47,702 nucleotides of DNA. Origin: Paludibacteraceae bacterium (GTDB lineage Bacteria; Bacteroidota; Bacteroidia; Bacteroidales; Paludibacteraceae). The DNA lies in assembly GCA_024399785.1 (NCBI GenBank), contig JAKSNM010000001.1, positions 1 through 47,702 of the forward strand, read 5' to 3'. Position numbers and translations under genes: made by a program. The notes beneath the pieces are model-generated. The model did not search any database. It saw only the letters and a list, made by a program, of their open reading frames with translations, and was not told the origin of the DNA. Shown here piece after piece: positions 26,885 to 34,409 of the stretch (position 1 is the stretch's first letter; each line of letters begins with the position of its first letter).

Positions 26885-27460
26885 TTGCTCCTTCCCGACA
26901 CCACCGCCTCTACCCCTGAGGCACAGCTACTGTCCCTGCAAACCAAGGCCAGCCATTTGCAATACCAGATGACACTGGCCGATGCTCTGCCACAACTCGC
27001 GCTAGGCGCTACCTATGGCTATGGTCAACTGCAAGCCGACCTGCTGCCGCACGATATAGGGCACGAACATGGCAATGGCGCACTGATGGTTACCCTCTCT
27101 CTACCTGTTTCTGCATGGTGGGAAACGGGGCATAAACTTAAAGCCCAAGCCCTCGTTGAGAAAAAAGCACAACTGGAACAAAGTGACAAGTCTGAACTGC
27201 TCCAACTACGTTCCAAACAGGCTTATCAACAGTGGAACGAGGCCGAGTGGATGTGCCAGGCTTCGCAAATCGCACTACAACAGGCGCAGGAAAACTACCG
27301 TCTGGCTTGCCTTAACTACCAGGCTGGACTGAATACTATCACCGATCTGCTTACTGCCCAAGCCCTGCTTAGCCAGTCACGTAATACCCAAACCGATGCC
27401 CTCATCCAGCGCCGCTTGGCCTACCAACACTATCTCGCCCTCACCTCCCAAATACCCTAG
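26885..27460 (+). pseudogene. TolC-family outer-membrane efflux protein, C-terminal half only (5'-truncated)
   Basis: 191 aa matching the second coiled-coil/beta repeat of TolC-like OMFs ('..A...Y..G..T..DLL.AQ..L......' ending '..Y.HYLAL'). Full-length proteins are ~430-470 aa. No N-terminal half or partner RND/MFP genes upstream. Confidence 0.7.
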
Positions 27461-27595
27461 TCCCACTTAGTCCTTCCTTTCTCATTTCTCCTTTCTTGTT
27501 TCTCCTTTCTTGTTTCTCCTTTCTCGTTTCTCGTTTCTCCCTCCCCCTTCTTTAATGCCTAGATTACCGAATTAATTTCGGTTGATTTTCAGTCT

Positions 27596-27662
27596 ATTAC
27601 CGAAAAATTATCGGACGATTATCGGACGATTATCGGAAGATTAACGGATTATTATCGGAAAA
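27596..27662. repeat. six ATTAnCGGA/ATTACCGAA motifs at an exact 11-bp period
   Basis: Motif starts at 27596, 27607, 27618, 27629, 27640 and 27651. A further in-phase copy sits at 27563 within the palindrome ACCGAAttaatTTCGGT. Confidence 0.9.
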
Positions 27663-27755
27663 TTAAGCACTCGCCATCGTCCTGCCTTCCTGCTCCCTTC
27701 CGCATAATTTTGCCAAAAAATCGCCAAAAAACTTGCATATTTCAAAAAATTGTTG

Positions 27756-27763
27756 TATCTTTG
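27756..27763 (+). promoter_or_regulatory. -7 box (TATCTTTG) for the DUF177-rpmF operon
   Basis: AAAAAATTGTTGTATCTTTGCA is nearly identical to the pheS promoter core. ATG 27782 follows. Confidence 0.6.
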
Positions 27764-27781
27764 CAGCCTGTTTTGTGCACT

Positions 27782-28216
27782 ATGGAACATACGGGGGAAC
27801 AAATAGTAGAGCTGGAGAAGCTGGAGTTGGGGCTGCATGAGTTTGACTTTCAGCTAGATAGCGAATATCTAAGCAGCGTGGAAAAGTCCGAATTGCTGGG
27901 CGGAAACATACACGCAACCGCTCAACTACAACTCGGGAAAAACGGATTTAACCTGGACATGCAGGTAAAAGGCTCCGTAGAAATAACCTGCGACAGATGC
28001 CTGGAGGCTATGACGCAACCCATTGACGCCAGCGAACAGGACATAGACATAGAACAAAACGCCAAAACACTAGACCTGAAGTGGCTGGCGTATGAAATGA
28101 TAGTAATAAATCTTCCACTGGTGCACTGTCACCAACCTGGCGGCTGCAATCCACAAATGGATGCACTTCTCCAAAGCCACCTTTGCTGCACAGAGGAAGA
28201 ACCCGAAATACTATAA
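27782..28216 (+). CDS. DUF177 (YceD-like) protein
   Basis: ORF 27710-28216. Start moved to ATG 27782 past the promoter. 'C.RCL' motif and conserved position upstream of rpmF. Confidence 0.85.
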   Translation: MEHTGEQIVELEKLELGLHEFDFQLDSEYLSSVEKSELLGGNIHATAQLQLGKNGFNLDMQVKGSVEITCDRCLEAMTQPIDASEQDIDIEQNAKTLDLKWLAYEMIVINLPLVHCHQPGGCNPQMDALLQSHLCCTEEEPEIL

Positions 28217-28266
28217 CTAAACAGGCGTAAGCCGTCTAAACATTAAACAATTAAACATTTAAACAT
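28217..28266. repeat. dispersed repeat copy (CTAAACAGGCGTAAGCCGTCTAAAC) + ATTAAAC-type heptamer tail
   Basis: Begins at the nucleotide after the DUF177 stop (28214-28216). Confidence 0.85.
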
Positions 28267-28275
28267 AATAAGATT

Positions 28276-28461
28276 ATGGCACATCCTAAGCGAAGACAAT
28301 CGCACACCAGACAAGCCAAACGTCGTACACATGACGTGGCTAAAATGCCAGCATTGGCTATCTGCCCTAACTGCGGGGCTCACTACATCTACCACACCGT
28401 TTGCCCAGCATGCGGATATTATCGTGGTAAACTAGCTATTGAAAAAGCTGCTGAAGCCTAA
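28276..28461 (+). CDS. rpmF: 50S ribosomal protein L32
   Basis: MAHPKRRQSHTRQAKRRTH... with a CPNCG...CPACG zinc ribbon. Confidence 0.95.
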   Translation: MAHPKRRQSHTRQAKRRTHDVAKMPALAICPNCGAHYIYHTVCPACGYYRGKLAIEKAAEA

Positions 28462-28532
28462 AAGATAGCAAAAAACAATATATAGGCCCCAGCGAGATGT
28501 TGGAGCCTATATATATTAAAAAGAATATAACT

Positions 28533-29579
28533 ATGTATATAAAAGAGAACGACCACCAAAACGGTAACGGTAACGAGAACCAAAACCCTAGCTATAGACC
28601 TCATTACAACAACTTTACTCCTGCACGCGACGGACAACGACGTCCCCGCGCACGATTTAGAAAACCCAACGAGGACAACACCAACGCTGCCCCCTATACC
28701 TATACACCCAAACCCCATCACAACAACTTCAACCACGAGGGCAACGGCTTTAATAACCACGACGGCGAACAACGTCGCGCTTTCCGCCCACGTCCACGAC
28801 GCAACGACGGGGTGTATTCCACCAGAAAACGTTTTGAATATCAACAACAATACGAAGACCCTACCAAGCCTATCCGCCTGAATAAATTCCTCGCCAACGC
28901 AGGCATCTGCTCCAGACGCGAGGCTGACGACTTTATACAAGCTGGCGTGATAACCGTAAACGGCGAAGTGGTAGATAATCTGGGCGCCAAAGTGCTTCCT
29001 ACCGACCGCATCCTGTTTCACAATCAGCCCGTCAGACGCGAGCGCAAGGTCTATATACTGCTCAATAAACCCAAGAACACCGTCACCACCACCGACGACC
29101 CTCAGGAGCGACACACTGTGCTGGACATTGTGCGCAATGCCTGCCAAGAACGTATCTACCCCGTAGGACGACTGGACCGCAACACCACAGGTGTGCTGCT
29201 GCTCACCAACGATGGCGATTTGGCTGCCAAACTAACACATCCGAAATTTGGTAAGAAGAAAGTATATGCCGCTACACTGGACCGCGAACTGGACCCAGTA
29301 GATGAGGAACTGCTGCGCGAGGGCGTGAGACTGGACGACGAACTGGTAGTGCCCGACGCATTGGAATTCCCCAAGGGTGACCGCAAACACGTAGGACTGG
29401 AAATACACAGCGGACAAAACCGCGTAGTGCGCCGTATGTTTGAGCACGTGGGCTATAAAGTGATGCAACTGGACCGCGTGTCCTTTGCCGGACTCACCAA
29501 AAAGAACGTAGCTCGCGGCAAATACCGCTATCTGACTCAAAAAGAAGTGAACATGTTGCAAATGGGAGCTTTTGAATAA
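28533..29579 (+). CDS. rluB: RsuA/RluB-family pseudouridine synthase with a long low-complexity N-terminal extension
   Basis: S4 domain (IRLNKFLANAGICSRREAD) and catalytic 'GRLDRNTTGVLLLTNDG'. Start chosen at ATG 28533 (MYIKEND). Confidence 0.8.
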   Translation: MYIKENDHQNGNGNENQNPSYRPHYNNFTPARDGQRRPRARFRKPNEDNTNAAPYTYTPKPHHNNFNHEGNGFNNHDGEQRRAFRPRPRRNDGVYSTRKRFEYQQQYEDPTKPIRLNKFLANAGICSRREADDFIQAGVITVNGEVVDNLGAKVLPTDRILFHNQPVRRERKVYILLNKPKNTVTTTDDPQERHTVLDIVRNACQERIYPVGRLDRNTTGVLLLTNDGDLAAKLTHPKFGKKKVYAATLDRELDPVDEELLREGVRLDDELVVPDALEFPKGDRKHVGLEIHSGQNRVVRRMFEHVGYKVMQLDRVSFAGLTKKNVARGKYRYLTQKEVNMLQMGAFE

Positions 29580-30673
29580 TGCTCCGCAACCTGCTTATAC
29601 TCACTCTCTGCCTGGCACCTATCACCGCTATGGCACAAAAAACGGGCATCCACGCCAGTGATGCCCGTATTACGTATATAGGCCGTGTCCACCGAGACTC
29701 GTCCTCGGTATCGTTTGACTATACAGGCACCTACATGCGCGTGCGCTTCTATGGCAAGCACTTGAGCGTGAAACTGAGCGACACAGGCACGAACTACTAC
29801 AACCTCTATCTGGACCGCCCCATCAGCGCCGAGCCCGACTGCATCATCACCACCACAGGCGACACCACCATCACCCTCTTCTCCGCCAAACGCGCCAAAG
29901 AGCACACCATCACCCTCTATAAACGCACCGAGGGCGAACAGGGACGCACCACCATACACGAGTGGCTCGTGGTAGGCGAACTGCTGCAGGCTGCGCCCCT
30001 CCAATCGCGCTACATCGAGTTCATAGGCGACAGCTACACCTGCGGCTACGGCGCCGAGAACAGCGGACCAACCGACCACTTCTCACCCCAAACCGAGACG
30101 TCCGCCAAGACCTATGCCGCTATACTCGCCCGCTATTTCAACGCCGACTATACATTGGTCGCCCACTCGGGAATGGGCATCGCCCGCAACTACAACTCCA
30201 AATTCGCAGGCTACTATATGCCCGACCGCTACTGCACCACCTATGACATCCCCCCAAGCCCTGCCTACAATCCTCAATTTTCAATCCTCAATCCTCAACT
30301 CACCATCATCCTCTTGGGCGGTAACGATTTCTCGATGGGGCAGCAGCCTGCCTATGCGGATTTTCAGGCTAACTACCAACGTCTGCTCCTGCAGATCAAA
30401 GCCAACTACGGCGACCAGCACCCCATCATCTGCTGCGTGAAAAAAGATGTGCCTGCCCTGACCGACTATGTGCAACGTGTGGTGAACCAATGTGGGTTGA
30501 CCGACATCTATTTCTGTCCTTTCTTCCCCGCCGTATTTGGCAACGACAGCCGCTATCTGGGTGCAGACCATCACCCCAATTACCTGGCACACCGCCAGGC
30601 TGCGCATGTGCTGATTCCCTATGTGGCCACCATCACAGGCTGGCCCCTGAACGATAGTTCGACTGTTCGATAG
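29579..30673 (+). CDS. secreted SGNH/GDSL hydrolase (CE2-like esterase architecture)
   Basis: Signal peptide MLRNLLILTLCLAPITAMAQ, an N-terminal beta-sandwich-like region, then 'IEFIGDSYTCGYG' (block I Ser) and 'LGGND'. Confidence 0.7.
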   Translation: MLRNLLILTLCLAPITAMAQKTGIHASDARITYIGRVHRDSSSVSFDYTGTYMRVRFYGKHLSVKLSDTGTNYYNLYLDRPISAEPDCIITTTGDTTITLFSAKRAKEHTITLYKRTEGEQGRTTIHEWLVVGELLQAAPLQSRYIEFIGDSYTCGYGAENSGPTDHFSPQTETSAKTYAAILARYFNADYTLVAHSGMGIARNYNSKFAGYYMPDRYCTTYDIPPSPAYNPQFSILNPQLTIILLGGNDFSMGQQPAYADFQANYQRLLLQIKANYGDQHPIICCVKKDVPALTDYVQRVVNQCGLTDIYFCPFFPAVFGNDSRYLGADHHPNYLAHRQAAHVLIPYVATITGWPLNDSSTVR

Positions 30674-30691
30674 CTCGAAATCTCGATAACA

Positions 30692-31570
30692 ATGATAAAA
30701 AACTATTTCCTTGCTACGCGACCTTGGTCGTTTCCTGTCAGTACCATGTCGGTGCTGGTAACAGCCTCTGGCCTCTTTGCCTTGGGCTATAGTGTTAACT
30801 GGTGGCTCACCGTTTGGGCTACCGCAGGTATTATGCTCTTTCACGCTGCCGAGAACGTGCTCTCGGACTATTACGACTACCGCAAGGGAGTAGATCGCGC
30901 AGATACCTTTGGCTCTGTGACCCTGACCTCGGGCTTGCTCACTAATCAACAAGTGTGGCGCTTTGGCTGGATACTGACCGCTATGGCGGTTGCCAATGGA
31001 CTGGTGATGGCATACGTAGCTGGTCCCCAACTGCTCATCTACGGCGCTGTAGGAGCTGTGCTGGCACTGCTATACCCTTGGCTGAAATACCACGCTTTGG
31101 GCGATGTAGATATATTTCTGGAATACGGCATCTTGCCTGCGCTGGGTACCTCTTTCTTCGTTACAGGTGCAACCCAACTAGATGCGCTGTGGTTTGTGCT
31201 GACCTACGTTACCATTACCAACGGTGTACTGCACGCCAATAATACCCGCGACGTAGTGCCAGACCGCCGTGCCAACATCACCACTGTGCCGATGCTGATA
31301 GGCCAACGCGCCAGCGTGGTGCTATACGATATCATGGTGTTGCTGCCTGCTGCATGGGTGGTGCTGTGTGTGGCTCTGGGCGTGATGCCCTGGCTATGCT
31401 TGCTGCAAGTGGGCACGATTGCCCTGGCGTTGCCTAACTGCCGTCAGATGCACCGTTTTTTGACCGACGACCAAGCTATTAACAACCTGGACGAGAACAC
31501 CGCCAAGTTGCAACTCGTCAACTGCCTGGTGCTGATCATCACCCTTATACTCGGCCATCTGTTCCTCTAA
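30692..31570 (+). CDS. UbiA-family prenyltransferase (MenA-like)
   Basis: 8-9 TM helices and the 'NVLSDYYDYRKGVD' Asp-rich motif. Confidence 0.75.
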   Translation: MIKNYFLATRPWSFPVSTMSVLVTASGLFALGYSVNWWLTVWATAGIMLFHAAENVLSDYYDYRKGVDRADTFGSVTLTSGLLTNQQVWRFGWILTAMAVANGLVMAYVAGPQLLIYGAVGAVLALLYPWLKYHALGDVDIFLEYGILPALGTSFFVTGATQLDALWFVLTYVTITNGVLHANNTRDVVPDRRANITTVPMLIGQRASVVLYDIMVLLPAAWVVLCVALGVMPWLCLLQVGTIALALPNCRQMHRFLTDDQAINNLDENTAKLQLVNCLVLIITLILGHLFL

Positions 31571-31576
31571 TGCCTT

Positions 31577-32200
31577 ATGCCTAAACGCGTTTTATATCCT
31601 GTCTTGCTGGCTTTTGTGCTGTGGACCCTGATGTTCAGTCCCTGGACCAAAGCTTATATCCCTTTTTGGTGGGGAATGTCCGTGTCGGCTGTGCTACTAA
31701 TAGCACTCAGCCTGTGGTTGGGTAAACCCTGGTCTATCCCCGCCACATACTGGCGGCGCGACCTGTGGCTCGACCTCGCGCTCGGCGTTGCTATAGCGGT
31801 TGTGCTGTGGGGCGTGTTCTGGTTGGGCGACAAGGTCAGCCAATGGCTCTTCCCTAGTTTCGCTCGCGGGCAGGTAGATACGATCTATGACATGAAAACG
31901 GGGTGGAGCAGGGTGCTGCTATCGTTGCTGCTGCTCTTTGTGATAGGTCCAGCTGAGGAAATCTTTTGGCGACGCTATATACAAGGCACACTGGGCAACA
32001 CCTGGGTGGCAGCCCTTGTCACATTGGCGGCTTATACACTGGTGCATCTGTTCTCGCTCAATTTTATGCTGATAATGGCGGCTATGGTATGCGGTATAGC
32101 GTGGGGAGGACTGTATAAACTGATGCCCCAGCGATTTGGGGCTGTATTGATCAGCCACGCTTTGTGGGATGCTGCCGTGTTTATTTGGTTTCCGATTTAA
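31577..32200 (+). CDS. CPBP family intramembrane glutamic endopeptidase
   Basis: 'GPAEEIFWRRYIQ' (EExxxR motif) and a distal 'H..WD' motif in a polytopic protein. Confidence 0.8.
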   Translation: MPKRVLYPVLLAFVLWTLMFSPWTKAYIPFWWGMSVSAVLLIALSLWLGKPWSIPATYWRRDLWLDLALGVAIAVVLWGVFWLGDKVSQWLFPSFARGQVDTIYDMKTGWSRVLLSLLLLFVIGPAEEIFWRRYIQGTLGNTWVAALVTLAAYTLVHLFSLNFMLIMAAMVCGIAWGGLYKLMPQRFGAVLISHALWDAAVFIWFPI

Positions 32201-32211
32201 TCGAGAACTCG

Positions 32212-32251
32212 AAAAAAAAAAGAACCTGCCGTTTGGCAAGTTCTTTTTTTT
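32212..32251. terminator. bidirectional rho-independent terminator
   Basis: A10 - AGAACCTGCC gttt GGCAAGTTCT (10-bp stem, 1 mismatch) - T8. Sits between the convergent CPBP gene and tRNA-Glu. Confidence 0.8.
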
Positions 32252-32256
32252 CTCAG

Positions 32257-32329
32257 TAGTGCTACCCGGAATCGAACCGGGGTTTACGGCGTGAGAGGCC
32301 GTTGTCCTAGGCCGCTAGACGATAGCACC
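32257..32329 (-). tRNA. tRNA-Glu (anticodon CUC)
   Basis: Hand-folded cloverleaf: GGTGCTA/TC/GTCT-AGCGGCCTA-GGAC/A/ACGGC-CTCTCAC-GCCGT/AAAC/CCCGG-TTCGATT-CCGGG/TAGCACT/A. G1.U72 wobble. CCA is not encoded. Confidence 0.85.
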
Positions 32330-32376
32330 TTCGTCGCAAATGGCTCGCCTAAATGAAATCTTCAGGAAAGCGAGTG

Positions 32377-32384
32377 CAAAATTA
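32377..32384 (-). promoter_or_regulatory. -7 box (TAATTTTG) for tRNA-Glu
   Basis: CAAAATTA on the plus strand, ~45 nt upstream of the tRNA 5' end. Confidence 0.45.
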
Positions 32385-32457
32385 CAATAAAAAATTGGAT
32401 TACACAAATATTTGGGTAAAAAAATGCAAAATATTTGTGTATTTGCCAAAAAAAGTG

Positions 32458-32465
32458 TAACTTTG
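32458..32465 (+). promoter_or_regulatory. -7 box (TAACTTTG) for nadE
   Basis: TTTGCCAAAAAAAGTGTAACTTTGCAG provides both the -33 and -7 elements. Confidence 0.55.
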
Positions 32466-32484
32466 CAGCAAAATGAGGAACATT

Positions 32485-34407
32485 ATGAACACAAATTTTG
32501 GTTTTGTGCGCGTGGCAGCCGCTGTGCCACAATGCCACGTGGCTGATGTAGAAGCCAACGTGCGCGAGGTGAAACAACAGATCTCTGAGGCCATAGAAGA
32601 GGGCGTAGAGGTAATCTGTTTTCCTGAACTAACCATGACAGGCTATACCTGCGCTGATTTGTTCTTTACCCAGCAGTTGCAGCACAACGCACTAAGAGGC
32701 GTAGAGCAAGTGTGTGAGTTCACTCGTGGCAAGTCGATCATCGTGTTGGTAGGTGCGCCCCTGAAGGTAGATAACAACCTCTATAACTGCGCCTTTGTGA
32801 TTACCGACGGTGAGGTAGTGGGCGTAGTGCCAAAGGTTAACCTGCCCAATACGGGTGAGTTCTACGAGAAACGCTGGTTCACTTCGGGCCGTGCCGTACG
32901 CGAGTCAAGCGGCGCACCTCGTATCCCGACGGTTGAGCTATGGTGTGGCGATGTGCCTTTTGGCATCGATTTATTGTTCCTGACCCGTAACTACTGCTTC
33001 GGAATAGAGGTGTGCGAGGACTTGTGGAGTCCGTTGCCTCCCTCTACTCAACTGGCTATACAAGGAGCAGAACTGATTTTTAACCTCTCGTCCAGCAACT
33101 GCGTGACAGGCAAGCACGCCTTCCGCCGTCAGATGCTGACCCAACAATCTGCTCGCGTACACTGCGGCTATGTGTATGCCTCCTCTGGCGTAGGCGAATC
33201 CACCACCGACATGGTGTTCTCGGGTTCGACCTATATCACCGAGAACGGCGACCTATTGGAAATGGGCGACCGCTTCCTGCGCGAGAGTAATATGGTGATA
33301 ACCGAAATAGATATTGAGCGCCTTCGCACAGACCGCCAACGTAATACCAATTTTACCAAAGACCAGCATGGTCACTATCGCCACATTAACGTGGCACCGA
33401 TTGAGAGTGAAGCGAGTACCGAACCGGTTCACCGACATTTCTCTACCACACCCTTCCTGCCCGACAAAGGCGAGGAGGACCTCTACTGCAGCGACGTGTT
33501 TGCTATTCAAACCAACGGCTTAGCCCGCAGGTGGGAACACACACACGCGCAGACCATCGTGGTAGGTATATCGGGTGGATTAGACTCTACGCTCGCTCTT
33601 TTAGTGGCTGTGCAGACAGCCGACCTATTGGGTTATGAGCGGCAACGTGTGCTGGGCGTGACGATGCCAGGCTTTGGCACCAGCGACCGCACCTATCAAA
33701 ACGCTATGCGACTGATGGAAGAGCTGGGTGTATCCATGCATGAGATACCTATCCGCGAGGTCACTACGCAACACCTGCAAGACATTGAGCACGATATGAA
33801 CATACACGATGTCACCTATGAGAACGCTCAAGCACGTGTGCGCACGCTTATCTTAATGGACTTGGCCAATCAATACAATGGCCTGGTATTGGGCACAGGC
33901 GATTTGAGTGAACTGGCTCTGGGTTGGGCCACATATTGTGGCGACCACATGTCGATGTATGGCATCAATGCAGGCATACCCAAAACACTGGTGCGCTATC
34001 TGGTGCGCTACGCTGCCGCCAATTTCTATAGCGACGACACACGTGCCACGCTGCTTGATATAGTGGATACACCTGTTTCGCCTGAACTATTGCCTACCGA
34101 CGAGCAGGGACAGATAGCCCAAAAGACCGAAGATAAAGTGGGTCCGTATGAATTGCACGACTTCTTTATTTTCTATTTCCTGCGCTACGGTTTCTCGCGT
34201 GAGAAGATAGCCTATATGGCTTCGGTGGCTTTTGAGGACCAATATACCAGCGAGCAGATTGAGCATTGGCTCGATGTATTTATGCACCGCTTCTATACCC
34301 AGCAGTTCAAACGTTCCTGCTTGCCCGATGGGCCTAAGGTGTGCTGCGTGAGCCTGTCGCCTCGTGGCGATTGGCGTATGCCAAGCGATGTATGTGAGAT
34401 GAAGTAA
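32485..34407 (+). CDS. nadE: glutamine-dependent NAD+ synthetase
   Basis: CN-hydrolase domain (MNTNFGFVRVAAAVP..., 'FPEL', 'EVCEDLW') plus NAD synthase domain 'GISGGLDSTLAL'. Start placed at ATG 32485 because ATG 32473 would be nearly leaderless. Confidence 0.9.
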   Translation: MNTNFGFVRVAAAVPQCHVADVEANVREVKQQISEAIEEGVEVICFPELTMTGYTCADLFFTQQLQHNALRGVEQVCEFTRGKSIIVLVGAPLKVDNNLYNCAFVITDGEVVGVVPKVNLPNTGEFYEKRWFTSGRAVRESSGAPRIPTVELWCGDVPFGIDLLFLTRNYCFGIEVCEDLWSPLPPSTQLAIQGAELIFNLSSSNCVTGKHAFRRQMLTQQSARVHCGYVYASSGVGESTTDMVFSGSTYITENGDLLEMGDRFLRESNMVITEIDIERLRTDRQRNTNFTKDQHGHYRHINVAPIESEASTEPVHRHFSTTPFLPDKGEEDLYCSDVFAIQTNGLARRWEHTHAQTIVVGISGGLDSTLALLVAVQTADLLGYERQRVLGVTMPGFGTSDRTYQNAMRLMEELGVSMHEIPIREVTTQHLQDIEHDMNIHDVTYENAQARVRTLILMDLANQYNGLVLGTGDLSELALGWATYCGDHMSMYGINAGIPKTLVRYLVRYAAANFYSDDTRATLLDIVDTPVSPELLPTDEQGQIAQKTEDKVGPYELHDFFIFYFLRYGFSREKIAYMASVAFEDQYTSEQIEHWLDVFMHRFYTQQFKRSCLPDGPKVCCVSLSPRGDWRMPSDVCEMK

Positions 34408-34409
34408 GC

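Noticed and set aside
27596-27662. The 11-bp ATTATCGGA array as a chromosomal oriC DnaA-box cluster.
   Set aside because: The motif differs from the TTATCCACA DnaA box at key positions. No dnaA/dnaN genes are nearby and no adjacent AT-rich unwinding element was seen.
28478-28516. The 10-bp AT-rich stem hairpin (ATATATAGGC...GCCTATATAT) after rpmF as a terminator.
   Set aside because: There is no downstream U-tract and the next gene follows in the same orientation. It may be a processing or attenuation structure, but the evidence is too weak to call.
28458-29147. A 229-aa minus-strand ORF.
   Set aside because: It is antisense to the low-complexity N-terminal region of the RluB-like gene and has Val/Gly/Ala-rich artefactual composition.
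30281-31030. A 249-aa minus-strand ORF (and the 180-aa ORF at 29537-30079).
   Set aside because: Both are antisense to the SGNH hydrolase and UbiA genes, which have clear catalytic motifs, so they are shadow ORFs.
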